This document shows positions 25,922 through 35,271 of a stretch of DNA of 64,000 nt, piece by piece (the first letter of the stretch is position 1; the number at the start of each line of letters is the position of its first letter). Source of the DNA: an uncultured bacterium (GTDB lineage: Bacteria > Bipolaricaulota > Bipolaricaulia > RBG-16-55-9 > DRJF01); the NCBI GenBank assembly GCA_913053845.1, contig CAJXGD010000002.1, positions 13,732-77,731 on the forward strand, given 5' to 3'. Position numbers and translations under genes: made by a program. Below the pieces are notes generated by a model that was not told the origin of the DNA, did no database searches, and worked only from the letters and a program-made list of their open reading frames with translations.

Positions 25922-26998
25922 TTAGAACGAACCTGGGAACAGTTTTTTGAGTAGCTTGTGCATCTGCCCAGGATCGGAGATGGCCGGCACCTGCAACTTA
26001 TTTGAGAGGATGTTCGCCTTAGCTTGAGCAACCGCTGCGCGGACCTTGGCGGGCACGCTGCCGGGGAAGTCCAGCAGACGCATTCCTCCATTCGCCATGT
26101 CTAGTGTGTACACTTTACCAAAATCCCCGTTGCGAATGTCCTGAATCATCGGGGTGAAGACCTTGGTAAAATCGAAGAGCACCGAGGTGAGCAAGACCCC
26201 TTCTGTGTCGAGGCTCCGCTTGTCCCCGATCACATCGATGAACCATACCTGCTTACCGCTATTCTTCTTCTTTTCGGAGATCGCTTGCATCATCCCGAAG
26301 GATGCGCCATCTCCCTGTCCCAAGATGACGTCCGCACCTGCGGCTAATTCTGCCGCGGTGTCCCGTTTAGCATCGGCAACATCTTCATAAGCGGCTGCGC
26401 CGATGAGGGTGTAGAGCAAGTGAGCATTCGGGTTAACCGAATGGAGACCCTCGGCAAACCCTGTGGTGATGAAGTTCCAGGTAGGCGGTTCTCCAGAGAC
26501 GACGATGCCCACAATGTTGGTCTTGGTCATCAGACCTGCAGCCACACCTGCCAGATAAGCCACGTCCTGGGCTTGCGACTCGTAATCGGAAACCAAGCCT
26601 TTGGCCACAGCATGAGGATTCTCGACGACGGCCGTCTTGACACCGGTCTGTTTAGCTAATTCAGGGCAAATGGTCTGGTAGCCACTGGCATGGCAGATCA
26701 CCAAATCGAAACCCCTTTTAGCGAAGTCCAAGAAGATAGGACTAATATCACCGTATCCGGCTTGCTCTGCGATTTCCACCTTGATATTCAACGGACCCTC
26801 AAGGGCTAGTAACGAATCGGCCGCTTGTTCGTTCCACCCGTGGTCTGTCTTGCTCGCAGGAACGATGAGCCCCACCTTTAGGGTATTTGAGTTTTGGGAC
26901 ATCGCCACGTGCCCTCCAGGCCCTAAGCTCATCACCAATCCGAGCAGCACTCCCACGAGGATTACTAAGCTGAATCTCAAACCCGTCTGTTTCAACAT
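25922..26998 (-). CDS. BMP-family (PnrA/Med-like) ABC transporter substrate-binding lipoprotein, nucleoside-type
   Basis: Signal/anchor sequence. LKVGLIVPASKTDHGWNEQA ... DLVICHASGY pattern of basic-membrane-protein family binding proteins. Confidence 0.8.
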   Translation of the reverse strand: MLKQTGLRFSLVILVGVLLGLVMSLGPGGHVAMSQNSNTLKVGLIVPASKTDHGWNEQAADSLLALEGPLNIKVEIAEQAGYGDISPIFLDFAKRGFDLVICHASGYQTICPELAKQTGVKTAVVENPHAVAKGLVSDYESQAQDVAYLAGVAAGLMTKTNIVGIVVSGEPPTWNFITTGFAEGLHSVNPNAHLLYTLIGAAAYEDVADAKRDTAAELAAGADVILGQGDGASFGMMQAISEKKKNSGKQVWFIDVIGDKRSLDTEGVLLTSVLFDFTKVFTPMIQDIRNGDFGKVYTLDMANGGMRLLDFPGSVPAKVRAAVAQAKANILSNKLQVPAISDPGQMHKLLKKLFPGSF

Positions 26999-27130
26999 GA
27001 CAACTCCTTCCTATTTTTTTGCTTCCCTATTGCTCTCAACCATATTCGCTTGTTGCACGCCCACATCAGCCTGGTGCATCGCTTGATGATCACCTCCTCT
27101 TGGGGCTCTATTTGCGCCATTGTACAGCCT

Positions 27131-27146
27131 TAGATTGTCGACAGTA
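27131..27146. promoter_or_regulatory. candidate GntR-type operator upstream of the substrate-binding-protein gene
   Basis: The 15-mer CTTAGATTGTCGACA (core palindrome TGTCGACA) recurs exactly at 37013-37028 upstream of the gntR start. Next to it is a GTATAT-T-ATATAC palindrome. Confidence 0.4.
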
Positions 27147-27284
27147 TATTATATACGCAATGGGTCTCAATGTCAAGTGCCAGAAATTCCTGGCACCTAC
27201 CAAGCCTACAGACGAAAACCTCTTGAGCCTCTGATGAAAGCAAAGCACGGTACCCTCACTTGGCATGATACGTCAACCCGAACG

Positions 27285-28214
27285 TTACCGTTCCCCTCGC
27301 TCATAAGGCAGCATCAGCTTTGCAGGCAACCGCGCATTCCGTGCGAGGAATACCATGGCAACGATAACACCAACGTAAGGCAGCATCAGAATGAACTCGG
27401 GTTGCACCGGGACCGCGATGATTTGAAGGCCTACTGCCAGTGACTCCACCATTCCGAAAAGCCAAGCACCGATAAAAACCCTGTAAGGAGACCATTTCCC
27501 CAACATCGCCATGGCGATGGCGATGTAGCCTATCCCTTGGGTTTCACCTGGCACGAAAAGGGAAAGGTTGCCAAGTGACAAAAACGCACCACCCAATCCG
27601 GCCATAGCTCCCGCGAACACAGCGACCAGGTAACGAATCTGGGCCACATTGACCCCGGCAGCATCCGCAGCCCCAGGGGTTTCTCCTACAGCTCTGATAT
27701 TGAGGCCGAAGGTGGTATGGAATAGGATCCAGTGTAAGAGCGGTATCAGCAGCAAAGTGAGGTAGACGACCACGTGTTGATCGAACAACACCGGACCAAT
27801 CACAGGGATTTTGCTGAGGAACGGGATTGCAAGGGTCTTCTTGCTCACTCCGAGCGTAGGGAAGTTACGGCCGTAAAAATAGCGGTATAGGAAGCCTGTC
27901 AACCCCACCATGAGGATCGTAAAACCGATGCCGGTGATGATCTGGTCGAGCTTGAGAGTGACCGAAAGATAAGCGAAAATCAGACCGGAGATTGCGCCGA
28001 CGGCTACTCCAGTCATGAAACCCAAGAACACGCTTCCCGTGATTAAGGCGACGGCAAACCCGCTAAAGGCTCCCCCCAACATCATGCCCTCGATGCCTAA
28101 GTTGAGTATGCCCCCCTTTTCGTTGTACGCCTCACCCAGCGCAGCCAAAAGCATGGGGATCGAAGCACGAAGGCTGGCGCTGAGCAACACCGTGATAAAG
28201 GCTTCCACTTCCAC
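27285..28214 (-). CDS. ABC transporter permease (BMP/nucleoside-type)
   Basis: 8-10 predicted TM helices. Position and homology pattern of simple-sugar/nucleoside ABC permeases. Confidence 0.8.
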   Translation of the reverse strand: MEVEAFITVLLSASLRASIPMLLAALGEAYNEKGGILNLGIEGMMLGGAFSGFAVALITGSVFLGFMTGVAVGAISGLIFAYLSVTLKLDQIITGIGFTILMVGLTGFLYRYFYGRNFPTLGVSKKTLAIPFLSKIPVIGPVLFDQHVVVYLTLLLIPLLHWILFHTTFGLNIRAVGETPGAADAAGVNVAQIRYLVAVFAGAMAGLGGAFLSLGNLSLFVPGETQGIGYIAIAMAMLGKWSPYRVFIGAWLFGMVESLAVGLQIIAVPVQPEFILMLPYVGVIVAMVFLARNARLPAKLMLPYERGER

Positions 28215-29255
28215 TTAGGATCGTCTCCTCTCCAGGACATGTTGAAACAGGTACTCGTTGACGACGAAGAAGATGAGCATCAACCCTTCCAAGATCGTGA
28301 CGAAGAATACGGGGGTGCCGAGGCGAAGGGACATCATCTGCCCCCCCAGCAGGAGAAACGAGAAAAAATAGGCCAGGAAAATCACGGTGCCCCCCTTGAA
28401 ACGAGCCATATACACGAGGGCAAAAGCCGTGAAGCCGTAAGCAGGGTTCCAGTCGCCCTGGAACAGGCCTTTGACTCCCAAGACGCCGTTGGCACCTGCT
28501 AAACCTGCAAAGCCGGCGCTTAATAAAAAGGCCATCATTGAGAGGCGAGCTACAGGAATGCCTGTATGAACAGCAGTTTTGATGCTCTTCCCAACAACCA
28601 ATATCTTCCACCCGATCGTGCTGTTACGCATTAGAAAGTGCACTCCTAAGACCGCAACGACACCAATAATCAATCCGATGTGGACCCCACCCCAGATCTG
28701 AGGGATTCGCCGGACCAAAGGGATCACGGGCGTCTGAGGTGGGATCACTGAAGGGTCTCTGAACGGGCCTTTGACCAGCCAGCTGGTCAGATAGATGGCT
28801 AGGTAATCCGTCATGATCGTAGTGATGATCTCGTTGAGCCCATACCAAATCCTGAGCACTGCCGGGATAATCGCCCAAGCCGCGCCCCCTAAGAAACCTA
28901 TCATCCCCAAGATCAACAGCGCCGGGATCTTGGGCAAGTAAGCGTTAATTATAGGAGCCGCCACGCCGACTAAGATCGCACCGATAAGGAACTGACCGTC
29001 TTCACCGAGGTTCCAAATCCCGGCGGATAGGACGATCATCAGACCAGCGCTGATCATGAGCAGAGGGGTCATCTTAATGAGGGTTTGAGTGATCCCTAAC
29101 TTGCCTAACCCTGCTTCGAAGAGCACTTGATAGGCTCTGAGCGGATTGATGCCCAGGATCCAGAGTAAGAACGCACCTACCGTAAAGGAGGCTATAATAG
29201 CGAACATTAGACTGATGTAGGGTCTTAGTCGCTCTGTCCAACCCATTTCGTTCAT
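28215..29255 (-). CDS. ABC transporter permease (BMP/nucleoside-type)
   Basis: Polytopic membrane protein contiguous with the second permease and the ATPase. Confidence 0.8.
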   Translation of the reverse strand: MNEMGWTERLRPYISLMFAIIASFTVGAFLLWILGINPLRAYQVLFEAGLGKLGITQTLIKMTPLLMISAGLMIVLSAGIWNLGEDGQFLIGAILVGVAAPIINAYLPKIPALLILGMIGFLGGAAWAIIPAVLRIWYGLNEIITTIMTDYLAIYLTSWLVKGPFRDPSVIPPQTPVIPLVRRIPQIWGGVHIGLIIGVVAVLGVHFLMRNSTIGWKILVVGKSIKTAVHTGIPVARLSMMAFLLSAGFAGLAGANGVLGVKGLFQGDWNPAYGFTAFALVYMARFKGGTVIFLAYFFSFLLLGGQMMSLRLGTPVFFVTILEGLMLIFFVVNEYLFQHVLERRRS

Positions 29256-30886
29256 GAACGTTCCCCTAACATCAACCGACCGACCGTCTCTCGATCCGCT
29301 GCTTCGATAGACAACACCTCAAGCAGCTCGCCGTTATACATTACTCCAACGCGATTACTGAGCTTGAGCAACTCGTCCAAATCCGAAGAGATCAACAGAA
29401 TGGCCGCCCCCATGCTGGCTTGCTCCCGCAGCGTTTTCCACACGAACTGAGCGGTCTTAACATCCAACCCATGAGTAGGCTGGTTGCACATGAGCACTGT
29501 GGGATCGGCGGATAGCTCACGGGCTAACAAAAGCTTTTGGATGTTGCCTCCTGAGAGCGTACCGGCGAGGATCTGGGGTGAAGGGACCTTGATGTCGAAC
29601 GCCCCGATTAAACTGTTCGCAAAGTCGAAGATCGCTTGCCACCTCAATAACATCCACCGAGACATGGGACGCTTGTCTATCCTGCGAATGACTGAATTCT
29701 CCGCCACACTGAGGTCGGTGATGATGCCTTCCCCGATGCGGTCATCTGTGATGTAGGCAATGCCCATCTTCATCGCGAATGGAACACCCTTGTTAGTGAG
29801 GTCTATTTCACCTAAGCGTTCACCTAAGCGGATATTGCCTTGGGCGACGGGGAGTTGACCGGCGATGGCCTCCAAAAGCTCTTTCTGTCCACTTCCACCC
29901 ACTCCCGCGATTCCCAGGATCTCTCCCGCCCGCAGTTCGAGCGAAAGGTTTCGCACAGCAGCCACACCCTGGGAATCAAGGATCGTTATACCCTCTAAGG
30001 TCAAAACGATCTCCTCACTCACCCTGGGAGCATAAGTCCCTTCAGTTTCCTCCTCGGGAACCCCACCGAACATCAGTTGAACGATGTGGTTCGAGATTTC
30101 CTCATGGGTTTGATTTGCCAATTCCTCCGGAGTTACGGCCCCGATCCGCTGGCCATTGCGCAAGATCGTGATCCGATCGCTGAGTTCAAGCACTTCATGC
30201 AACTTGTGGGTGATGAATACTACCCCTACCCCCTCTGCTCTCAATTGTTTGACCATGCGGAATAGCTCCCCGACCTCACTTGGGGTCAACACCGAAGTGG
30301 GTTCGTCAAGCAACAGGATCTTAGGTTTCCTGAAGAGCACTTTAACGATCTCCACCCGCTGCTGTTGCCCCAAGGAGAGGTACTGAACCTGGAGATGAGG
30401 ATCAATGGTCAGCCCAAACTTTTCCATCGTCCGTTGAATACGGCGTTCAGCACCTTTCAGATCGAGAATCCACGCGGTATTCAGCCCCAAGATCACGTTT
30501 TCAGCCACGGAAAGGTTTGGTACCAGGGCGAAGTGCTGATAGACAGTGCCTATACCATGTTCGAGCGCATCGTGTGGGGATTTGAAGTGCACAACTTCGT
30601 TGCGAACGCTGATCGTCCCCTCGTCCGGTTGGTGTATACCGGACAGGATGTTCAATAGTGTGGTCTTCCCCGCCCCATTTTCACCCAGCAGAGAGTGAAT
30701 TTCTCCGGGATATAGGTCAAGATCGATCCCATCGTTGGCCACTACCCCAGGGAAGCGCTTGGTGATACCACGCATCTGGACCAATGCTTCTTGGTTAGAG
30801 GGGCTTCCCGTCCCCTCACCCTTTAAATCCGGTTGATTTATCCGTAGCTGCGTCTTCACAGTCGTCCTTTCTGCAGCGCTTCCCAC
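29252..30886 (-). CDS. ABC transporter ATP-binding protein with duplicated ABC domains
   Basis: GENGAGKTT and LSGGNIQK/LSLGQQQRVEI signatures, LLLDEPTSVL. Two nucleotide-binding domains as in sugar/nucleoside importers. Confidence 0.85.
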   Translation of the reverse strand: MGSAAERTTVKTQLRINQPDLKGEGTGSPSNQEALVQMRGITKRFPGVVANDGIDLDLYPGEIHSLLGENGAGKTTLLNILSGIHQPDEGTISVRNEVVHFKSPHDALEHGIGTVYQHFALVPNLSVAENVILGLNTAWILDLKGAERRIQRTMEKFGLTIDPHLQVQYLSLGQQQRVEIVKVLFRKPKILLLDEPTSVLTPSEVGELFRMVKQLRAEGVGVVFITHKLHEVLELSDRITILRNGQRIGAVTPEELANQTHEEISNHIVQLMFGGVPEEETEGTYAPRVSEEIVLTLEGITILDSQGVAAVRNLSLELRAGEILGIAGVGGSGQKELLEAIAGQLPVAQGNIRLGERLGEIDLTNKGVPFAMKMGIAYITDDRIGEGIITDLSVAENSVIRRIDKRPMSRWMLLRWQAIFDFANSLIGAFDIKVPSPQILAGTLSGGNIQKLLLARELSADPTVLMCNQPTHGLDVKTAQFVWKTLREQASMGAAILLISSDLDELLKLSNRVGVMYNGELLEVLSIEAADRETVGRLMLGERS

Positions 30887-33120
30887 ACCGTCGACGGCGT
30901 AAGCGGCAATCTGTTGGCAGGGACATTCAGATCGGCGACTGCACCGACAATGGCACCTAGCGTTCCGGCTAACGAACCCTCCCCAGCACCTTTGGCTCCA
31001 TAAGGGCCAGGCCCATCGTTGTTTTCTACCAGAACAGAATCAAAATGCTCTGGAAGGTCTTCCCAGCCCGGCACCCGATAGTCCAACAGGGTGGGGTTCA
31101 ACAATTGTCCGTTGTCAAAGACCATCTCCTCGATGAGAGCGTTGCCCAGCCCTTGGATGCTCCCCCCCAGCTCCTGGCCTTCGATCAGTTTTTTGTTCAT
31201 GGCTCGTCCCACATCGGCCACGGTGACCAGCTTGTTCACTGTCAGCTGCCCCGTGTTAGGATCGAGTTGGACCTCTGCTGCGCCTACACAGACCTCCCAA
31301 AACACCGGACCTTTAGCGAAAGAGCCATCATCACCCTGGCGCGGCCGGACCTCGCCAAAACCGACGACCTGCCCCCCAACCATACCGAAGTGACGTTCAA
31401 TGACCTTGGCGTAAGGGATGACGGTGGCACCAAAACAGATGGCCCCCTCTTTGACCTGTGCTGCGGAAGCAGGTTGGTCATACAGTTCAGCAGCCATTCG
31501 GATCAAGCGATTTCTCAAATCAATCGCGGCATTCTGTAAGGCTTTACCCGCAACGGTCGTCGATCGGCTGGCTCCTGTTGAGCGATCAAAAGGTGAGAAT
31601 TCGGTATCTGGATTGACAACGCGCACACGCGATGGTGAGACGGCCAGCTCGGCAGCCACGATTTGGGTCATCACGGTTTGGGCTCCTTGACCGACTTCGG
31701 TGGTGCTCACCAAGGCCAAGACGCTCCCATCGGCCAACATGTGAACCAAGGCGGTCGACACCGGTTGCGACCCAGCGGCCAGCAACCCCACGCTCACAGC
31801 TCGACCCACGTTTGACACTTTAGGCTTATCCCATCCTATAACCTCTGCAGCTTTGCTCACATCTCCAATTAGGTCTGCGTCTAAGGGTTTTGCACCTGGC
31901 CTGACCTCTCCTCCTCGCCTCAACAAGTTCTTTCGCCGGATCTCCAGGGGATTGAGCCCTATTGTGCGAGCGAGAGTGTCAATCTGGGTTTCTCCTACCC
32001 ATTGCAGATGAGTAGCCCCAAACGCGCGATATGATCCGGCAGGTGAGGTATTGGTGTAGACCGCCGCAGCTTCAACCGCGACGGCCTTCCAACGGTATGG
32101 TCCCGGAGCAGCATCTCCTGCGGTGGCCGCCACTCGTGGGCCGTTATCGGCGTAAGCCCCGGTATCCAACCAAACTCGGCATTGCCGAGCCAACAGCCTG
32201 CCCCCTTTGTCAGCGGCGGTTTTCATCCAACATTTCATCCCATGGCGACGTGAGGTCGCCATAGCTTCTTCCACAGAGTTAGCGATGAGTACAGGACGTC
32301 CTGCCTGTTTTGACAAAGCTACCGCAAGTGGTTCCAAGCGTGTATAGGATTTGCTCCCGAATCCACCCCCGATATATTGAACGATCACGCGAACTTCGGA
32401 TAACGGCAAGGAGAAGATATCGGAGATCTCTGCTCGGATAATATGAGGGTGTTGACAGTTGGCCCAGATCGTAACTTTCCCCTCGGTATAGTGCCCAATG
32501 GCAGCATGAGGTTCCATCGCGTACTGGTAGATGGCAGGGAAGGTGTATTCCCCTTCAACCACGTGAGCTGCATGGTCAAAAATCTCCTCCACCCCACCTT
32601 TCGAGAAACGGTAGCGGTAGCAGATGTTCCCCTCTAGCTGACCTAGATCTCCTAACCCGTGAAACAGGCCCAGCCGGCGCGGAGTCTTCTCATGAATGAT
32701 GAAGGCCTCAGGTTCCATAGCCGCGTCAACCGTCCCCACCGTAGGCAAGGGGTCGTACTCAACCTGGATGGCGTCGAGCGCAGCCTCAGCAAGTGCTTCG
32801 CTTTCCGCAGCAACGGCCGCCACGGGTTCCCCCACAAAACGGACCCGTTCCAATGCCACAATCGGGCGGTCTTTGATCGCGTGTCCATAGTAGGGATCGA
32901 TGTCATTGAGATCTTGACCGATTAGGATTGCGACCACGCCAGGCATCCTCAAGGCCTTGCTCCTGTCAATGTGCACGATCTGAGCATGAGGATAAGGGCT
33001 ACGCAACACCTTGCCATACAGCATATCGTGAACCCGCAAATCTGCTGTGTACACCGCGCGTCCCGTCACTTTGTCGAAACCATCAACCCGTGGTAGGTTC
33101 TCACCAATGAGCGGATTCAC
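30856..33120 (-). CDS. molybdenum hydroxylase large subunit, molybdopterin-binding (xanthine dehydrogenase/CoxL family)
   Basis: N-terminal a/b-hammerhead domain (VDGFDKVTGRAVYTADL). Long MoCo-binding domains with GGGFG motif. Confidence 0.85.
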   Translation of the reverse strand: MNPLIGENLPRVDGFDKVTGRAVYTADLRVHDMLYGKVLRSPYPHAQIVHIDRSKALRMPGVVAILIGQDLNDIDPYYGHAIKDRPIVALERVRFVGEPVAAVAAESEALAEAALDAIQVEYDPLPTVGTVDAAMEPEAFIIHEKTPRRLGLFHGLGDLGQLEGNICYRYRFSKGGVEEIFDHAAHVVEGEYTFPAIYQYAMEPHAAIGHYTEGKVTIWANCQHPHIIRAEISDIFSLPLSEVRVIVQYIGGGFGSKSYTRLEPLAVALSKQAGRPVLIANSVEEAMATSRRHGMKCWMKTAADKGGRLLARQCRVWLDTGAYADNGPRVAATAGDAAPGPYRWKAVAVEAAAVYTNTSPAGSYRAFGATHLQWVGETQIDTLARTIGLNPLEIRRKNLLRRGGEVRPGAKPLDADLIGDVSKAAEVIGWDKPKVSNVGRAVSVGLLAAGSQPVSTALVHMLADGSVLALVSTTEVGQGAQTVMTQIVAAELAVSPSRVRVVNPDTEFSPFDRSTGASRSTTVAGKALQNAAIDLRNRLIRMAAELYDQPASAAQVKEGAICFGATVIPYAKVIERHFGMVGGQVVGFGEVRPRQGDDGSFAKGPVFWEVCVGAAEVQLDPNTGQLTVNKLVTVADVGRAMNKKLIEGQELGGSIQGLGNALIEEMVFDNGQLLNPTLLDYRVPGWEDLPEHFDSVLVENNDGPGPYGAKGAGEGSLAGTLGAIVGAVADLNVPANRLPLTPSTVWEALQKGRL

Positions 33121-33169
33121 CGCATCCTCCTTTGAACACTCGGGGCCACGCTGAACTCATGCACGAGGT

Positions 33170-33880
33170 TCAAGTTACATCGCTCCCGGCACGACGTGCG
33201 CGTCGGACGAGATAATTCCAGTAGTCGTCAATAAAGGCATCCTGGAATTTTTGAAGATGCAAGATTTGAGCTTCTTTAGCGCTAATTTCGTTAGGAACAT
33301 CCCCTAACCTTTCTGATAGCAATTGCAGCTTTATCACGTGTTCCAGCGTGAGAGCGGTGAGAACTGCCCAAGGCACATCTTTACCCACAACCAGAATCCC
33401 ATGGTGGCGCAATAAGATCGCCAGCGAGTTTCCCAGTGCTTGTGCCACCACATGACCTTGATGTGCCGTCGTGATCAGACCCGAGATGTCGGTGAACCGA
33501 GGAATTCCCTCGTAGAATAGAGTTGAGTCGTGATGGAGCATTTTTAATGGTTCTGAGGACAAACCCCAGGCAATGCTATGGAGGGGATGCGTGTGAATGA
33601 CTGCACCCACCTCTGGTTTCAACCTGTACACCTCTGTGTGCAAGGGAAATTCCAAGTGAACACTTCCTGCACCACTGATTAGCTGCCCATCAAGATCAAT
33701 AGAAATGACGTCTTTAGCCATGACCTCATCCAAGCCGAGCCCCAGCCGCTTGATATACACAGTTTGACCATCTGCAGCTCGCGCGCTGACATGTCCCAGC
33801 GTCAAATCGTTATGGCCCTCCATCGCCAGGATGCGACAGGCCCAAGCAACCTCAAGTCGGAGCTGTCGATCGGATTTCAT
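33170..33880 (-). CDS. class II aldolase/adducin family protein
   Basis: GHVSAR ... VIHTHPLH ... metal-binding His motifs of class II aldolases. Start placed at MKSDRQ adjacent to the cupin stop. Confidence 0.8.
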   Translation of the reverse strand: MKSDRQLRLEVAWACRILAMEGHNDLTLGHVSARAADGQTVYIKRLGLGLDEVMAKDVISIDLDGQLISGAGSVHLEFPLHTEVYRLKPEVGAVIHTHPLHSIAWGLSSEPLKMLHHDSTLFYEGIPRFTDISGLITTAHQGHVVAQALGNSLAILLRHHGILVVGKDVPWAVLTALTLEHVIKLQLLSERLGDVPNEISAKEAQILHLQKFQDAFIDDYWNYLVRRARRAGSDVT

Positions 33881-34263
33881 TTGGACGCTCGGCTCTCCGT
33901 CGGCGGGTAATCGGGGTATGGAAAGCCAAACACCATGATCACATCTTCGCTCCCGTCGTTGATCACCGCATGCCACACCCCAGCAGGGATGAACAAGGCA
34001 TCCCCAGTTTTATAAGTAATCGCTCGCTCGTCGAGCTGCAACTTGCCGGTGCCTTGCAGAATCATCGCCACTTCTTCCACATTGTGCTTGACAGGTAACA
34101 GCGCCGTCCCTGGTTTGAACACGGAATATCCTAAGGAGCTTCGGTTGCCCAAGACCTGTTTGCTTGAAATGACCATGGAACTCCAACTTCCTCTCGGGAG
34201 TTGCACCCGCTCCACCCTCGCCAGGTGCGTCACTTGCACCTCGCCCGCTTTTAGAGCAACCAT
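33877..34263 (-). CDS. cupin domain protein
   Basis: G-x5-H-x-H ... conserved cupin motif region (HNVEEVAMILQGTG ... PAGVWHAVIN). Confidence 0.7.
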   Translation of the reverse strand: MVALKAGEVQVTHLARVERVQLPRGSWSSMVISSKQVLGNRSSLGYSVFKPGTALLPVKHNVEEVAMILQGTGKLQLDERAITYKTGDALFIPAGVWHAVINDGSEDVIMVFGFPYPDYPPTESRASK

Positions 34264-35270
34264 TGACCGTCCTTGAGGATGTATTGACCGGTATCTAGCA
34301 CCTGAAGCGTCACATCGCGGACTACCCCATCGAGATGTAGAGTGCTGCGGTTTCTCCCTCCGGGGTAACAGTTCTGGTTGTCGCCCAAGGCGAAGTGGGC
34401 CGTGCCCAGTCGACCTTGCTCGGATGGGTCTCCAACAGGAGATATGACACTGGTGCCAAAGGCAAATTCCCCTATAACCGCCGCTCCAGCTACTCCTTCG
34501 ATGGTCTTTCTAAGGCGCTTGGCCTCCTCACCCCCCTCGATGGAAACGACTTGCCCCTGTTCGACCTTCCAGGTAATAGGGGTCTTCACCGCTCCGGAAA
34601 CACCAATCCCCACCATCGACCCGTCTATCACAATACGACCTTGCGTTTGATCTTCCACTGCGCCGAAAGCCACTTCGGACCACAATGGCAGCGGTCCCAT
34701 CATCTCCCCAGGCTTCTTGATGGGGATCACTTCCAGAGGTGGGCGATCCTCAATGGATACCTCCACGTCTGTGCCCCGCTTTGAGGTGACCCACACTCGT
34801 TTTGCATGTCTTAACAATTCTGCAGCTTGATGTGTACGATCGACGGATGCCTGAATCTCCTCTTTGCTAATGTCCCATGTGCCCATGCCTTCTTCCACTG
34901 AGGCGATCTTGGCATTGTTCGCACAAGAGACCTTCACCGCACTCACGTGAGCAAAGCGATGGGCCCACTCCAGGTTGGTCACGATCAAGATGGTCGTAGA
35001 GTTAACCACGGCCTCATAGAGGTTTTTGGGTGGGGCCACGGGAAAGTGCGTATCTTGGAGGCTTCGAACGACTTGCGCTTCGTTGTTACAGATCACTGGG
35101 AAGGCACCCCGTTCTACCGACACCTGCGCCAACGCAGCTGCCTGTTTGAGGTGAGCATCATCGGTGATAATGGTCACCACTTCGTCATTACCAATGGACA
35201 TACACATATCCACAACCAACTCCGCTTCCCTACGCAAGGCTCCTGCAGTAGGCATGAGAACTCCTTTCAC
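34251..35270 (-). CDS. M29 (aminopeptidase T)-family protein. The same family as NicX 2,5-dihydroxypyridine dioxygenase.
   Basis: C-terminal GTAHFALGDN...GGRNRSTLHLDGVV...G.Y.L.DGQW aligns with the HIAFG...GGNES.VHVDWMI...G.W motifs of the AmpT/M29 family. Confidence 0.55.
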   Translation of the reverse strand: MKGVLMPTAGALRREAELVVDMCMSIGNDEVVTIITDDAHLKQAAALAQVSVERGAFPVICNNEAQVVRSLQDTHFPVAPPKNLYEAVVNSTTILIVTNLEWAHRFAHVSAVKVSCANNAKIASVEEGMGTWDISKEEIQASVDRTHQAAELLRHAKRVWVTSKRGTDVEVSIEDRPPLEVIPIKKPGEMMGPLPLWSEVAFGAVEDQTQGRIVIDGSMVGIGVSGAVKTPITWKVEQGQVVSIEGGEEAKRLRKTIEGVAGAAVIGEFAFGTSVISPVGDPSEQGRLGTAHFALGDNQNCYPGGRNRSTLHLDGVVRDVTLQVLDTGQYILKDGQWLL

Positions 35271-35271
35271 T

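Noticed and set aside
26154-27086. Several 70-100-aa + strand ORFs in the low-GC island
   Set aside because: They are antisense to the BMP-family binding-protein gene, and the lower GC inflates random ORF length. No ribosome-binding sites or motifs.
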